Shown piece by piece: positions 8,569 to 18,737 of a DNA stretch of 64,000 nucleotides (its first letter is position 1; each line of letters starts with the position of its first letter). Made by a program: the position numbers and the translations under genes. The notes beneath the pieces were generated by a model. The model was not told the origin of the DNA and did no database searches. It saw only the letters and a list, made by a program, of their open reading frames with translations. The stretch lies in contig DASPLQ010000012.1 of the NCBI GenBank assembly GCA_035627515.1, positions 842,331 to 906,330 on the forward strand, in the 5' to 3' direction. The stretch comes from Vitreimonas sp. (GTDB taxonomy: Bacteria > Patescibacteriota > Microgenomatia > UBA1400 > PJMF01).

Positions 8569-10659
8569 ATGTTGCCTGTGGCCGTGTTTCCTTTGGTATC
8601 TCTAGACTTTTTAATCAGCACCTTCTTATTTGTGGTGGGGTGGGGTAGCTTGGTAGCTTTGAGTTGGTTGTGTCTGCAGTATTTATTTCCTGAGTTATCG
8701 ACAAAAGATACCAGCTATCGGTGGTTAATTACATCCGTGGTCGCTATTGTCGTCTTTACCGGTAGTGCTTATATCATGGGTTACGCTCAACTAAGGTGGT
8801 TACAGCTGTTGTATATTCCGGCAGGATTGAGAGCGGTGTATAAGTGTTTACTGGCTGTTAAGTGGCGTGAGAACTCAAAGTGGTTTGATTTTCAAAAAGG
8901 GGACTGGTGGAGTTGGGGAATTTCTATAGTGGGAATTCTCTGTCAGCTACTTACCATTAGTACCTCAGGCATTTTATCAAATAAAGGCCTGACTTTTTTT
9001 CGCCTCAATGGCTGGGATGGCATGTTGCACTTAAGTTTTGCTGAGTTTATGAAGGTTGAGTTTCCTCCTCAGCAGCCGGGAGCCGTAGGATTAGCTCTGA
9101 CTAATTATCATTACTGGGCAGATTTATTTGTGGCTGAGTTTAGTCGTTTATTTGCGGTACCAGTGATTCACGTTTATTTTCATTTTATACCTTTTGTCGT
9201 AGCAATTCTGATTGCTATAGCTGTATATCAGTTGGCAAAAGTCTGGGGTGGTTCAGTAGTAGTCAGAAGATGGGCACTCTTCTTTTATTTTTTTGCCGGC
9301 AATGCTACCTATCTGTTTATGTGGCTTTTGCACCAAGGATTCGGGTGGAACTCACCAGCCATTGATCACGGTTTACTGTTGTTTTTAAACATGCCGCAAG
9401 CTTTTGCGAGGTTGGGTTTATTGACAGGTCTGATCTTAATTGCAGAATGGTTGCAAACGAAACAACTTAAGTGGCTGGTATTAAGTTGTATTATTTTAGC
9501 GAGTTTGTTTGGGTATAAAATTTACTTTGGTTTATTTGGAGCAATCGGATTAGGAAGTTTACTTGCAGTCAAATTGACATACAGTTTTGTGACAGAACTT
9601 TATCAGCAGCGCAGTTTGAGGGCGTTTAAAACCTTTTTCGCTCATCACTATCCAGTGGTATTGATTGGGGTGCTTTTCGTGGTCATGTCTCTTGCCATCT
9701 TTTTACCACCTAATCGCCAAAGTGGAGGATTATTTTTAGCACCGCTGGTATGGCCCAAAATTTTATTGGGACAAACTAATTTAGATTGGAATGAGTGGTG
9801 GTTACGGCGACAAGTATATGAAGCTTATAGCAACACCCGTAACCTCATAATTATGGATGGCATTGCCATTGCTGTTTTCATGTTATCTATTTATGCCACC
9901 CGCCTGATTGGTATGTTGCCTACGCTCAATTTAATAAAGCGTGATTATGGTGCTTGGTTACTGTTAGTATGGTGGCCGATGTGGCTCTTCACTTTTTTAG
10001 GTATGAATACTTTGCAATCTTCGGGTGGAGCAAATGTTTTTAATTTTTTTATTGTAGCTTTGGTAGTAGGAGGTATTACTACCGCGTTTTGGATAGAAAA
10101 AGTGCTGCGCTGGCCGATGTGGTTGAGCTGGCCGTTACTGATGATAGTTGTGCTTATCTCTTTACCTCGCCCGCTCCAGGATACGTATTTGTTTATAAAA
10201 AGTGCGGCGGTAGGCGAGGAATCCTTAGTGATTTCACCTGATGAGTTAAAAGCCCTGAGTTTTATTAAAACAGCTACTCCCCGCCAGGCTGTTATTCAGA
10301 CGCATCTTAAGAATCATATTGATGCCGAGACGCCATATGGTTCGTACCTTAGTCAGCGTTATTCGTATGTCAGTGGACGGGGTATATTACGTAGTCACAA
10401 CCAACCCGTCACTGAACGCGAGGCTGTGTTATTAGATTTAAGTATGCCTAGTTTGAAGATGAGTTTAGGAGAACGTTTAGTTCATGCCGGCATTGATTAT
10501 TACATAGTCAGAAAAGACAAAAATAATTTCGAACAACTGTGGTTTCCTTGGCAGTATGCTCTACAAGAAGGAGTAGAGGTGGTTTATCAAAATGAGACGG
10601 TGACAGTAGTTAAACCACGGTTACAGGCGGCTGCTACACGTTTTGTGTGTGGCAATTAA
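8569..10659 (+). CDS. Polytopic membrane protein, probable GT-C-fold glycosyltransferase
   Basis: Many TMs, acidic loop (WDG..H, NYHYW), C-terminal soluble GIDYYIV..VVYQN domain. Confidence 0.65.
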   Translation: MLPVAVFPLVSLDFLISTFLFVVGWGSLVALSWLCLQYLFPELSTKDTSYRWLITSVVAIVVFTGSAYIMGYAQLRWLQLLYIPAGLRAVYKCLLAVKWRENSKWFDFQKGDWWSWGISIVGILCQLLTISTSGILSNKGLTFFRLNGWDGMLHLSFAEFMKVEFPPQQPGAVGLALTNYHYWADLFVAEFSRLFAVPVIHVYFHFIPFVVAILIAIAVYQLAKVWGGSVVVRRWALFFYFFAGNATYLFMWLLHQGFGWNSPAIDHGLLLFLNMPQAFARLGLLTGLILIAEWLQTKQLKWLVLSCIILASLFGYKIYFGLFGAIGLGSLLAVKLTYSFVTELYQQRSLRAFKTFFAHHYPVVLIGVLFVVMSLAIFLPPNRQSGGLFLAPLVWPKILLGQTNLDWNEWWLRRQVYEAYSNTRNLIIMDGIAIAVFMLSIYATRLIGMLPTLNLIKRDYGAWLLLVWWPMWLFTFLGMNTLQSSGGANVFNFFIVALVVGGITTAFWIEKVLRWPMWLSWPLLMIVVLISLPRPLQDTYLFIKSAAVGEESLVISPDELKALSFIKTATPRQAVIQTHLKNHIDAETPYGSYLSQRYSYVSGRGILRSHNQPVTEREAVLLDLSMPSLKMSLGERLVHAGIDYYIVRKDKNNFEQLWFPWQYALQEGVEVVYQNETVTVVKPRLQAAATRFVCGN

Positions 10660-11453
10660 CTACTCGCACTACTGTATCTTTGTAAACCCCAGGCCCAGAT
10701 TTTTAAGGTAATCCAAAAGAACACGACACCAATCCCCAACGTGACAGGAATGCTAAAGCTCAGTGGGCTTCCTAATAGTACTTGGGCTGGGATGGTATAC
10801 ATAAAACCTACTGGCAGAATAAAAAAGAGGGCGGTTCTGAGTGGTTCCACATACATCGTGACCGGAAATTGGCCCAAGCGTGTGATATCACGATAGGTCC
10901 AGATGATGTTGTCTACTTCGGTAGTCACAATTCCCACCACTAATACTAAGATATGCAACCCGGTGGCAATTAACAAGCTATTGATGATGACCACTAGGTA
11001 CAACAGCACCGAACTAACGGTGATGCTGAGTGGTAACTGTGCTATTAACCATATGCTTAGCACTGTAGAAGGGACCAGAAAAAAAACATCGTTAATATCT
11101 GGTTCTCCAGTTAGAGACCTAAAAAGGGCACTTATTGGTCTGGCTAAATAAAAATCAAACTCACCTGATTTGATCAGTCGTCCAAAGTTATAGACACCGC
11201 GATACAAAACTTGAGCTACTATATCAATAAATTGATACGTTAGAAAAAAGACAATCACTTGATCTGTGGTATAACCCGCGATTGTGATGTTTCTTTCTTT
11301 TAATAAATACAAAAACAGCAAGGACATCCCTAACCGCAAGACTTTGCCTAAGATAAATAAGACGTTTGTCCAGCGATTAACAAAGGCACGTTGGAGCGCG
11401 TTGCTGGCAGTGATAAACCATACCTGATAGTAGGTCTGCAAATGTTTTAACAT
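10656..11453 (-). CDS. ABC-2 family permease (COG3694-like)
   Basis: IKSGEFDFYLARP, FPVTMY, C-terminal YSSASS. Confidence 0.85.
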   Translation of the reverse strand: MLKHLQTYYQVWFITASNALQRAFVNRWTNVLFILGKVLRLGMSLLFLYLLKERNITIAGYTTDQVIVFFLTYQFIDIVAQVLYRGVYNFGRLIKSGEFDFYLARPISALFRSLTGEPDINDVFFLVPSTVLSIWLIAQLPLSITVSSVLLYLVVIINSLLIATGLHILVLVVGIVTTEVDNIIWTYRDITRLGQFPVTMYVEPLRTALFFILPVGFMYTIPAQVLLGSPLSFSIPVTLGIGVVFFWITLKIWAWGLQRYSSASS

Positions 11454-11456
11454 CTC

Positions 11457-12248
11457 TTATTGTCCGGTAGCTTCATAACCACTGAGGCCTTTTTTCCAAG
11501 CTCGGTGGGCTAACCACCAGCTTAATACTGTCCAAAAAGCTAATCCAAATGAATAAAGGTAGATTTGACCCAGATCTAAACGTTGTAAAAATAACTGAAT
11601 TTGCACATATGAAAAGTAAGGAAAAGGGGTCAATAAAATGAGTTGCTGGATGGCAGTAGGAAAGATATCCAGAGGATACAGTTTGCCAGCGGTGAAATCA
11701 AGAAACATAAAAAATAAAAATTTTGGCCCCCAGCTATCTGGCGTCCAAAACCCTAAGGTCCCAAATAAGATGGTGATGTAAAAGTGAATTAGAATTCCAG
11801 CTAGAACCCACAGAGAAAATAATAAAATGATACCAAGACTAGGAATGAGTAAGCTGGGTTTAAAAATTAACCATAAAATACCTATTTCGAGGCAGCTAAA
11901 AACCGCATTTTTGAGTTTGTCTGCAGCTTCCACAGCGCCAAAAGATAAAAACAATTTTTCTGGTTTTAAAAAATGGTGGGTAATACCTCCTGAGTAAATT
12001 TCGCCTGCTAAGCCATGTAGGCTACTCGCCAAAATTAGGCTTTGCAGTAGAGAAATCAATAATACATATCCTGCCATTTCTGATTGAGTATAGCCAAAGG
12101 CAGAAGCTTGCGAATTGAAAATCACGTTCCAGACAGTTAGGGCCATGACTGTAGAAAGAAACTGTCGGAAGCGCCAAATAAATAAGCTCGTACGGTAAAC
12201 GAAACTATTTTGCCACGCTAACTTAAAAATGTACCAATACTTAATCAT
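11457..12248 (-). CDS. ABC-2 family permease (COG4587-like)
   Basis: EIYSG..LKP, PLDIFP, LTPF, YEATGQ; start MIKYW at 12248. Confidence 0.85.
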   Translation of the reverse strand: MIKYWYIFKLAWQNSFVYRTSLFIWRFRQFLSTVMALTVWNVIFNSQASAFGYTQSEMAGYVLLISLLQSLILASSLHGLAGEIYSGGITHHFLKPEKLFLSFGAVEAADKLKNAVFSCLEIGILWLIFKPSLLIPSLGIILLFSLWVLAGILIHFYITILFGTLGFWTPDSWGPKFLFFMFLDFTAGKLYPLDIFPTAIQQLILLTPFPYFSYVQIQLFLQRLDLGQIYLYSFGLAFWTVLSWWLAHRAWKKGLSGYEATGQ

Positions 12249-12270
12249 GAGAACCATGTCTATATGCCAG

Positions 12271-13281
12271 TTATTTTTTAGTGGCTTTGACTTTACCAGC
12301 TTGGGTTTGGAAGACTTCACGGATGATGGCTTCAATCGGTGGCTCCTCGATGTTAACATCCTGAACTGGTAAAGTACTTAAAATTTTACCTGCAACTTGA
12401 GCAGCTTTAGTTCGTGGTACTAACAAAGTCACCTTAGGGTGATCAAAGTCTTTCAACTCTCCGTATTTTTTGAGTTCTTTTTCACTAACTTTACCTGAGA
12501 GGACTAATGACAAAATTTTATTACGAGCGTACTTATCAATAATATCTTGCAAAGCACCATCAAAGATTTTGTGACCATGGTCAATAATAATGGCGCGCTC
12601 ACAGAGCTCTTTGACATCTTCCATGTAGTGACTGGTAAGGATAATGGTTGATTTGAACTCTTTATTGTATTCTTTAATGAAGTCACGCAACACTTTTTGC
12701 ATCACCACATCTAAACCAATGGTAGGTTCATCTAAGAACAAGACTTTGGGGTTGTGCAGTAGAGCAGCAATCAGCTCACACTTCATACGTTGACCAAGTG
12801 ACAACTTCCGGACTTGGACTTTCAGAATATCTTGCACTTCTAATAACTCCACAAGTTTATTGAGTGTTTTGTTATATTGGGCATCGGGAATTTCATAGAT
12901 GGCTTTGTTGAGAAGGAATGTTTCCAAGGCCGGCAAGTCCCACCAAAGCTGGTTTTTTTGGCCCATCACTAAGGCGAACTGTTTCTGAAATTCAGGTTTG
13001 CGGTCCCAAGGGTTATAACCCAAGACACTGACCTGCCCATGAGTGGGATATAACAACCCAGACAAGACTTTTAAAGTGGTGGTTTTTCCCGCCCCATTTT
13101 GGCCAATGAAACCCACGATCTCACCTTGTTCAATACTAAATGAAACGTCATCAACAGCTTTGACTTCTTCATACTCTCGGTGCCAAAGTGATTTGATTGA
13201 ACCCCATAAACCTGGTTCTTTTTTATAGACTTTGAAGTATTTACTGAGATTTTGTACTGAGATAACCGGGGCACTGGACAT
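12271..13281 (-). CDS. ABC transporter ATP-binding protein (COG4586-like)
   Basis: GQNGAGKTT, QLWWDLP, LSLGQRM, LFLDEPTIGLD, TSHYM. Confidence 0.95.
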   Translation of the reverse strand: MSSAPVISVQNLSKYFKVYKKEPGLWGSIKSLWHREYEEVKAVDDVSFSIEQGEIVGFIGQNGAGKTTTLKVLSGLLYPTHGQVSVLGYNPWDRKPEFQKQFALVMGQKNQLWWDLPALETFLLNKAIYEIPDAQYNKTLNKLVELLEVQDILKVQVRKLSLGQRMKCELIAALLHNPKVLFLDEPTIGLDVVMQKVLRDFIKEYNKEFKSTIILTSHYMEDVKELCERAIIIDHGHKIFDGALQDIIDKYARNKILSLVLSGKVSEKELKKYGELKDFDHPKVTLLVPRTKAAQVAGKILSTLPVQDVNIEEPPIEAIIREVFQTQAGKVKATKK

Positions 13282-13328
13282 AGAATCCTATTATAACTAA
13301 CTTTACTATCTATAGACACCCAATTTGA

Positions 13329-14141
13329 TCATGAACTAGCGGAAGAGTAAGATCTGAGACCGATTGACCACATGTATTTACAGATCAAGGTTAAGACACA
13401 GGCAAATCCGCCACTGAGCAGAATTAATCCATAGCTAGGAGTATTCAATAATACTTGAACGGGAATAAACACTAAGTAAGCTGCTGGCATGACAGTGTAA
13501 AGAATAGCACGAATGCCCCAAGGATAAATTTTGGGTGGGTAATAACACTGATCGTTAACTGACTGCAAGGTGCGAATGATTTGACTGCCTTTGGTGATAA
13601 AAAAAGCTAACGAAGCATAAATTGCAAATGTCATAAAGAAAATATAAATGCCCACTATATACAACCCGCCATAAATTAAAAGGCCAATCCATGTCCAACT
13701 CTCAGCCAGTAAAAATAATTCATAACCCATAAATAGAACCATAAACACTAAATACAAAAATGATTCTAAGCGTGGATAACTGAAAGCAATCATAAAAAGA
13801 GGATTAAGGGGTTTAGTGAGGACTTTATCAAATTCTCCGGTCGCAATACTTCTGATCATGAAGACTTTAAACCCATCAAAAAAAAGAGCTTCCATTAATG
13901 ACCAGGCACTCATCGAAGTAGCATACATTAAATAAATTTGGTTCTTGGAGTAACCTCCTACAGTTTGAGTTTTGCTGAAAACTGTTTCTAACAGTAAAAA
14001 TACCCCAGCAATGAACACAAAAGCATAGAGAAACCGGATGACCACATCCCATCGGTACTCTAATAACAGCTTCACTGTTAACTGCCATAACTGAAGATAA
14101 ACGCGCCAGTAATAAAGGAGTCTAGATGCCAGTACTTTCAT
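13329..14141 (-). CDS. ABC-2 family permease (COG3694-like)
   Basis: IATGEFDKVLTKP, YPPKIYP, YSSASS. Confidence 0.85.
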   Translation of the reverse strand: MKVLASRLLYYWRVYLQLWQLTVKLLLEYRWDVVIRFLYAFVFIAGVFLLLETVFSKTQTVGGYSKNQIYLMYATSMSAWSLMEALFFDGFKVFMIRSIATGEFDKVLTKPLNPLFMIAFSYPRLESFLYLVFMVLFMGYELFLLAESWTWIGLLIYGGLYIVGIYIFFMTFAIYASLAFFITKGSQIIRTLQSVNDQCYYPPKIYPWGIRAILYTVMPAAYLVFIPVQVLLNTPSYGLILLSGGFACVLTLICKYMWSIGLRSYSSASS

Positions 14142-14904
14142 ATGAATGGGTTGCTAATCGCCAAATAATTACGCGAAAAATAGTAAAGACAAGCATCCAC
14201 GTTATTAGTATTCCTAATCCCCTCAGACCATCAGGAAATGACAGCTGATTTTTAATAATTTGAATAGGCGTGAATGCATAGTGTGAGAAAGGTAACCACC
14301 ACAGTATTTTTTGAAAAAAATCTGGGAAAAAAAGTGCGGGTATAAAGATACCTGATAAGTATCTGCCGATAAATAAAACACTCATCCGAATTGATTCAAC
14401 TTGGGTGAGCCAAAAGCCTAAAGTACTCAGGCCAAAATAAATTGAAAAGGTGGTGTAAAAAATAAGTGGCAGATAAATAAGGAATAAACTTAGTGAAAGC
14501 CAACTCACTTGAAAAGTGTAGCCCAAAAACCACAGTAGGGGTATCAGAACTAAGGATTTAATTGTGATATCAAAAAGCGCAGTAGCTGCTTCATGAAAAA
14601 AGTAGTACCAGAAAGGTGAGATTGGTTTCAGTAGAAACTTAGAAATGTGTCCTAGCCGAATGTCTTCTTCCACATAATCCAAATGGTAATTTGACAGCCC
14701 ATAGACAATGGCAGAAAATAAATAATAGATTACTAGTTCATTCGCAGTAGTATTTAATTGTGTGGTTTCTTTACTAACTGCTATCCACAACATCATTACA
14801 AAAGTTACCATGATCACGTAACGAAAGAGTCGTAAGATATTGTCCACGCGATATTCAAGAATATCGAGCAATGATAGTCGAAATACTAGCCAATATTTAC
14901 TCAT
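14122..14904 (-). CDS. ABC-2 family permease (COG4587-like)
   Basis: EDIRLG..FLLKPIS, LSGIFIP, WLPF, YESTGI. Confidence 0.85.
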   Translation of the reverse strand: MSKYWLVFRLSLLDILEYRVDNILRLFRYVIMVTFVMMLWIAVSKETTQLNTTANELVIYYLFSAIVYGLSNYHLDYVEEDIRLGHISKFLLKPISPFWYYFFHEAATALFDITIKSLVLIPLLWFLGYTFQVSWLSLSLFLIYLPLIFYTTFSIYFGLSTLGFWLTQVESIRMSVLFIGRYLSGIFIPALFFPDFFQKILWWLPFSHYAFTPIQIIKNQLSFPDGLRGLGILITWMLVFTIFRVIIWRLATHSYESTGI

Positions 14905-14923
14905 GTTGTTATTCTAACACTGC

Positions 14924-15721
14924 CTAATTAGCCACACCGCTATATTTGCGGACTGATATGGAAAAAAACCAGCGACTAAACAAGGTGACCCCAATCGTAA
15001 AAATAAATAAGTGTCCTAGCCAAAGTAGGCTGGGTCTACCTAATAGTAACTCAGCGGGCACTGAACTAATCAAACCCAGCGGTAATATCAAGGTTAATAA
15101 CGTGGATGTGGCGCCACTATAAACGCTGCGAGGGAGTTGCCAAAGCCGACGGAAAGCCGGAAAAACTTCATTGATATTATCAAGTTTATCCACCCAAAAA
15201 GCACAAGTACTACAACAAAACCACGAGATATACACTAGATAACCAGCTAAACACAAAGCTATTACAAACCAACCTAAGCTCGCTATGGTGAGGTGGTAAG
15301 GTAATTCTTGGGCACCCCACCCGATAATGAGAAAGCCCAAAATAAAACGAAAGATATTACTATAACTATTATTTTTAATCATCAGCATCACTTGGGTATC
15401 AACGGGTTTAGTCAGCCAAGTATTAAGTGTGCCATCGAAGATCGAGCGTGTGTACTCGGTCATGTTGTGATAGAAAAACGACCATGTAAAGGCATCAATA
15501 ATATTAAATACTCCTAGTAAGACTTTCATTTCACCGCGGCTCCACCCTGCAATGTGGCCCGTAGTTCCCGTCACTAAATCAAAGAAAAAAACATTAAAAA
15601 TAGTCCACATCGCTGAAATACCGCCCCAGAATAAAAAATTGGCTCGGTACTCGAACATGCGCTGTAAATGCATTCGTCTCAGTAACCAAAATAAATGCCA
15701 GTATTTGTAGATCCCATTCAT
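14924..15721 (-). CDS. ABC-2 family permease (COG3694-like)
   Basis: EYRANF, IAGWS, DGTLNTWLTKPV, YSGVAN; GGAGG SD before ATG at 15721. Confidence 0.85.
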   Translation of the reverse strand: MNGIYKYWHLFWLLRRMHLQRMFEYRANFLFWGGISAMWTIFNVFFFDLVTGTTGHIAGWSRGEMKVLLGVFNIIDAFTWSFFYHNMTEYTRSIFDGTLNTWLTKPVDTQVMLMIKNNSYSNIFRFILGFLIIGWGAQELPYHLTIASLGWFVIALCLAGYLVYISWFCCSTCAFWVDKLDNINEVFPAFRRLWQLPRSVYSGATSTLLTLILPLGLISSVPAELLLGRPSLLWLGHLFIFTIGVTLFSRWFFSISVRKYSGVAN

Positions 15722-15726
15722 ATTTT

Positions 15727-16527
15727 CTATCCTCCCGATGAGGCGTAATGTCTGACGGCAAATTTCCAAATGATGGCAATTAATCCCATCAGGCCAAATA
15801 AGAAGCCTGCCATCACTACTAAGTCACCCCACTCTAACACCGCTGAGGATTGCACAATGCTAATTGGGACGGCATACATATACTTGAGTGGCAGTGCCCT
15901 CGTCAGCATCGCTAGCCAGTTGGGCATAAAAGCGATGGGGATCATTGAACCACTAAATAAGGTGATCACAATCCATTTGAAGTGTTCTAAGCCCTCCGCA
16001 CCTTCAAACCAAAAACCCAGTAGCACAATCAAGGTTCCGATCATGAATTCTGTTAAATATGCGTAGAAAAGTAAGCCAATAAATACCAGCGCTTGGTTGA
16101 CACTGAGCGCTGGAATCGAAAACTCAAAAATGGTGGTGATTGCCATCACTAACAGTAGATAAAAGGGCAGCCACATCAGAAAATATAATGATTTACCACC
16201 CACATCGTGCAAAAACATTTCTTTGACAAAGCCGAGTGGTTTGATTAAAAAAAAGTCGATTTTACCTTCACGAATTTGTTGGACGCGCCAACTTTCAAAA
16301 TGGACCCCACATAATGAGTTGATAACTAAACCGATGAAGTAATACTGAAGGACTTGATCTAGAGTTAAACCTTTGACGGTAGTATGTGTGGCATAAATGC
16401 TGCTCCACACCACCATTAAAATGATCACTGGCACTGCATCCAGCACTAGCCACAAACTAATTTCTGACCGATAGGTGAGACTTTTGATAAAAGAACGTTT
16501 GGCAATTTCCCAGTACTTAACCAACAT
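15727..16527 (-). CDS. ABC-2 family permease (COG4587-like)
   Basis: IREGKIDFFLIKP, FSGSMIP, YASSGG; TACAAT 7 nt before ATG at 16527. Confidence 0.85.
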   Translation of the reverse strand: MLVKYWEIAKRSFIKSLTYRSEISLWLVLDAVPVIILMVVWSSIYATHTTVKGLTLDQVLQYYFIGLVINSLCGVHFESWRVQQIREGKIDFFLIKPLGFVKEMFLHDVGGKSLYFLMWLPFYLLLVMAITTIFEFSIPALSVNQALVFIGLLFYAYLTEFMIGTLIVLLGFWFEGAEGLEHFKWIVITLFSGSMIPIAFMPNWLAMLTRALPLKYMYAVPISIVQSSAVLEWGDLVVMAGFLFGLMGLIAIIWKFAVRHYASSGG

Positions 16528-16572
16528 ACTGGTCATTGTAACATCGAGAGAGTAAACAGCTGGAACTTAAAC

Positions 16573-16848
16573 TTACCAGACTGCTTTTTTAAGTGGTTTC
16601 CCCACGCGGAAATTAACTACGCGGTGACCTTTAATCGTTTGACGTTTCTCTTCTTTGCCAAAGGGGACAACTTGTTTGTCTTTCACTTTCCCCAGGTAAA
16701 AAGTGCCGAAACCAGATACCACCACTTTGTCACCTTTTTTTAAGGCACGGATAATTTCTTCAAACATTGACTCCACTGCCTCTTCAGAAGCGCGTTTAGT
16801 CAAATGGGCTTTTTTAGAAACGATTGCGATTAATTGTGATTTTGTCAT
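16573..16848 (-). CDS. hup: HU family DNA-binding protein
   Basis: MTKSQLI, GDKVVVSGFGTF, FRVGKPLKKAV. Confidence 0.93.
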   Translation of the reverse strand: MTKSQLIAIVSKKAHLTKRASEEAVESMFEEIIRALKKGDKVVVSGFGTFYLGKVKDKQVVPFGKEEKRQTIKGHRVVNFRVGKPLKKAVW

Positions 16849-16917
16849 AAGACCTTTCTATTATTTTTTCATTCCATCAAAACTTACTCACTACCAAGCA
16901 CACAACAGACACAAGCA

Positions 16918-17304
16918 TTAAATAAATTTATAAACGCGGAGCAGTACTATCAAAGCGCCTAATAAGTCGTACCCTATATCTCTAAAAGTAGCGGATCTCC
17001 CGGCTACCCAAGATTGGTGCCACTCATCACTGGCCGCGTAGAGTAACGTCAGCAGCACGGGTAAGCTCCAGTGTAATTTCTCATATTTGGGGCCAGTAGT
17101 CAAGCTAATTCCGCGGTGTAATAAAAAATACAACACACCATACACAAACATATGGGCTACTTTCTTCAAGATGAAGTCAAGTTCAGAGGCTTCCACTGAT
17201 GGCAATGCGTGTTGTGAAGAAAACAAAAAAATCACTCCCGCCCAGAGGAATGGTGGCAAAAAGGCATTAGCCCAGGTGAAAAGTGGGGTGGTTGACCATC
17301 GCAT
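16918..17304 (-). CDS. VanZ family membrane protein
   Basis: IFLFSSQ, KKVAHMFVYGVL, YAASDEWHQSWVAGR, DIGYDLLG. Confidence 0.9.
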   Translation of the reverse strand: MRWSTTPLFTWANAFLPPFLWAGVIFLFSSQHALPSVEASELDFILKKVAHMFVYGVLYFLLHRGISLTTGPKYEKLHWSLPVLLTLLYAASDEWHQSWVAGRSATFRDIGYDLLGALIVLLRVYKFI

Positions 17305-18565
17305 ATAAACACCAGCTACTACCTCCTGACAAAAGTGACCCAGTAAGTATAGCACCAATGGTTAGGAGTTTAGAGGGAGTCTGGCGTTCCAGATTACTGA
17401 CAGGCCCAGCTAGACGAGCAGAACTTGAGGCTAAGAGTGGAGAGGGCAGAAGTTGCAATTGAGCTAGGTCGAGCTGCTGGGATACAAAAGAACTAGAACG
17501 AGGAGATACGTTAGTACTATCTAGACTGGCTGAGCTATTCATGGGTGTATTTAACTCAGCCTCTATCACTTTCTCCACTGCTGAAAAATTACCGTTGGGT
17601 GATGGCGATGGAGTGGGAAAAGGAGAGGGGCTCGAACTGATGTTATCTATGATATTACTGATATTTTTTGTTGGTACCAAGGTTTCTGCCCAACTTCCTT
17701 GATAAAGTACGAAGCTTCGACCACTGTTACAGCTGCCAAACTGTACCGTAAACAATGTATGACCCTCAGGAGTTTCCAAACTGATGCTATCGCCGGAATT
17801 ATTCAACAAACTTCCCGACCAACTCAGTGCTACCCACCCTTGAGCTGGTACCAGGCCGGAGACAAAGCGTGAACTCCCGCTTTGGTCTCTCACGCGCCAA
17901 TTGGTGAGCGTAAAACTGACATTGGCAGAGTTATAAATTTCTAGCCACTCAGTTTCACCTTCACTAGGGCAGGCTACGATCTCAGAAGGCGTGAAGTGCG
18001 TGGGGTAGGAAACAGGAGAAGGAGACGGTGACGGAGTTGGGGTGGCACTCGGCAGGGGAGAAGCAATGGGACTAGAAGAGGGCACAACTGATGGTGACGG
18101 GTTCGGGCTAGGACTTGGCAGTGCTGGATTAGGGTAGCTACGGCTAGGAGCTTGCAATTTAAACTCTGCTACCACTTCGCCATTTGGCGACCGGGCCCAA
18201 CTCATGTCGGTTTGAGTACTGCTATAGCTGACACCATCCATATTTATCAGAGCTGGTGTCTTTAAGCTGATGTTATCACCGCCATTGTTTAGTTTGTTAC
18301 TCACCTCTACCACATGATAACTATGGGGTGCCAAGAGCAAGCCACTTTCTAGAGTATGGATTAAACTCGGGACACTGATCGCATCCCACAGTTGCCAACC
18401 AGATAGGTCAACCGTCTCCGGGCCGGTGTTGTATAACTCAATCCACTCTTCGCCTGTGCTAGGGGCCGGATGCAGTTCATTGATGATCACAGCTGCCTTA
18501 ACACTTCCTGGGGCAGTCATCAGGAAAAAAGAGACGAGGAGTGAAAATAACAAGAATTTAGTCAT
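17267..18565 (-). CDS. Surface protein with two lamin-tail domains, Pro/Ser linkers and a C-terminal TM
   Basis: Signal peptide; VIINEL..EWIELYN..VDLSGW..LNNGGD repeated as SEI..EWLEIYN..LNNSGD. Confidence 0.85.
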   Translation of the reverse strand: MTKFLLFSLLVSFFLMTAPGSVKAAVIINELHPAPSTGEEWIELYNTGPETVDLSGWQLWDAISVPSLIHTLESGLLLAPHSYHVVEVSNKLNNGGDNISLKTPALINMDGVSYSSTQTDMSWARSPNGEVVAEFKLQAPSRSYPNPALPSPSPNPSPSVVPSSSPIASPLPSATPTPSPSPSPVSYPTHFTPSEIVACPSEGETEWLEIYNSANVSFTLTNWRVRDQSGSSRFVSGLVPAQGWVALSWSGSLLNNSGDSISLETPEGHTLFTVQFGSCNSGRSFVLYQGSWAETLVPTKNISNIIDNISSSPSPFPTPSPSPNGNFSAVEKVIEAELNTPMNSSASLDSTNVSPRSSSFVSQQLDLAQLQLLPSPLLASSSARLAGPVSNLERQTPSKLLTIGAILTGSLLSGGSSWCLYAMVNHPTFHLG

Positions 18566-18737
18566 GAGCAACCTTTCAGACTGTTACTAGGCATAAAGAG
18601 GGCTTTTTCAGCCTGCTCAAGGCTCATTTTAGCCCTCAAACCTTGCATAAAGCGTAGGAAGGGGGTGTTTGCTGGCTATGGCGGAGGAAAGTAATTTGAC
18701 CGTGTTGTCCTCCCTGGAGTTTGTTTATACTTAATAC

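Noticed and set aside
12249-12359. Long N-terminal extensions in the ORF track (12359, 15769, 24061, 26411, 33632, 38814, 40113, 53821)
   Set aside because: They overlap neighbouring genes or terminators; downstream starts fit family N-termini and -10/SD positions
18010-18130. Pro/Ser repeats in the lamin-tail protein as a DNA repeat element
   Set aside because: Codons vary, so this is an ordinary low-complexity protein linker
18598-18637. Hairpin GAGGGCT..AGCCT..AGGCT..AGCCCTC upstream of the lamin-tail gene as a riboswitch
   Set aside because: It is short, overlaps a probable -10 box (TAAAAT on the minus strand) and has no recognisable aptamer; evidence is insufficient
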